Assembly: GCA_031409715.1 (NCBI GenBank)
Contig: JANNXU010000084.1
Location: 63,704-127,703 of the forward strand
Source of the DNA: Gemmatimonadaceae bacterium
GTDB lineage: Bacteria; Gemmatimonadota; Gemmatimonadetes; Gemmatimonadales; Gemmatimonadaceae
Direction: 5' to 3'
DNA length: 64,000 bases
Under the pieces are notes generated by a model, which saw nothing but the letters and a program-made list of their open reading frames with translations, was not told where the DNA came from and ran no database searches. Each line of letters begins with the position of its first letter. Within the stretch, counting starts at the first letter, position 1. The translations under genes were made by a program, and so were the position numbers. Below are positions 63,310 to 64,000 of this stretch, piece after piece.

Positions 63310-63981
63310 ATGATCTCGGGCCTCTTCGCTTTCATCGGCATCGGCTTCCTGATCGGCTTCCGGCACGCCTTCGAGCCCGATCACCTCGCGGCGGTGAGCA
63401 TGCTGGCGACGCGAGAACGCGGCTGGCTGACCTCGGCCCGGCTTGGGCTGGCCTGGGGTGCCGGTCACACCGGCAGCGTCGCGATCGTCGCCCTGCTGAT
63501 CATCGTGCTCGGCATCCGCGTGCCGGAGTCGATGTTCGCGATGTTCGAACTGCTGGTCGCGGCGATGCTCATCATCCTCGGCGTCAGCACGCTCGTCACC
63601 GAGGCGCGCCGCCACCGCCGGGTGCTCGGCGACGCCCATGCGCACGCCCATCACGACCATGTGGCACACGCGCATCCGGAGCGGATCCGCAACGTCCGCG
63701 GTGCGTTCGGCTTCGGTATTGCACACGGGCTGGCGGGCAGCGGTGCCGTGATCGTGCTGCTGGTCGCTGCGGCCACCTCGGTGCGGGAGCAGTTCACCTA
63801 CCTGCTGGCCTTCGGTCTCGGTACGGTGGGTGGGATGTGCGTCGTGTCGCTGGTGGTGAGCGGAATGGCCGGGTTGGCGGTCTCGCGCAGCAAGCACTGG
63901 GCGATGAGCATTCGTGTGCTTGCCGCGACGACCAGCATGGTGGTCGGGATGATGCTCGGCTGGTCAGTGCTGACGTCGTGA
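63310..63981 (+). CDS. NicO-family (RcnA/UreH-like) nickel/cobalt transporter
   Basis: The signature is HAFEPDHLAA and the His-rich loop is HAHAHHDHVAHAH, with six hydrophobic segments. The start is moved to ATG 63310. Confidence 0.82.
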   Translation: MISGLFAFIGIGFLIGFRHAFEPDHLAAVSMLATRERGWLTSARLGLAWGAGHTGSVAIVALLIIVLGIRVPESMFAMFELLVAAMLIILGVSTLVTEARRHRRVLGDAHAHAHHDHVAHAHPERIRNVRGAFGFGIAHGLAGSGAVIVLLVAAATSVREQFTYLLAFGLGTVGGMCVVSLVVSGMAGLAVSRSKHWAMSIRVLAATTSMVVGMMLGWSVLTS

Positions 63982-64000
63982 TTGCTGCTGTGGTCTGTGG

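Overview
This is a very GC-rich bacterial chromosomal segment. I did not compute GC content, and I recognised no rRNA, tRNA, transposase, integrase, cas or phage genes. About 47 protein-coding genes can be supported.

Coding content:
- Housekeeping genes: lon, pfkA, ispH, a DEAD-box helicase, and an aldehyde dehydrogenase with its DUF779 partner.
- Many secreted hydrolases and peptidases: M1, two M20, a large HEXXH zinc protease, an amidase and a BNR/sortilin-type protein.
- Two tandem Ser/Thr kinases, two Uma2 nucleases (one next to a DEAH-type helicase), and a TetR plus ECF-sigma pair.
- A PEP-CTERM protein, a BciA/DVR-like reductase, and a NicO metal-transporter locus.
- An imuB/dnaE2 mutagenesis cassette split by an oppositely oriented photoactive-yellow-protein (pyp) gene.

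The non-coding structure is the most unusual aspect:
1. A recurrent family of ~50-nt modules, bordered by (AACNGC)n-type low-complexity runs, pairs as inverted repeats in several intergenic regions. A related 471-bp whole-spacer palindrome lies after pyp.
2. A 33-nt promoter-proximal motif plus an upstream inverted copy is shared only by ispH and pyp.
3. A TAGAWT-like box sits 5-7 nt upstream of at least eight start codons, implying leaderless mRNAs.
4. There are phased tandem repeats of 39, 33, 12 and 5 nt, and an 18-nt repeat inside dnaE2.

The lineage is only a guess: a Gram-negative soil or aquatic high-GC phylum, for example Gemmatimonadota-like. The many long ORFs antisense to real genes are GC artefacts. 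Start codons were often moved downstream of the ORF-track start, and those choices are inferences.
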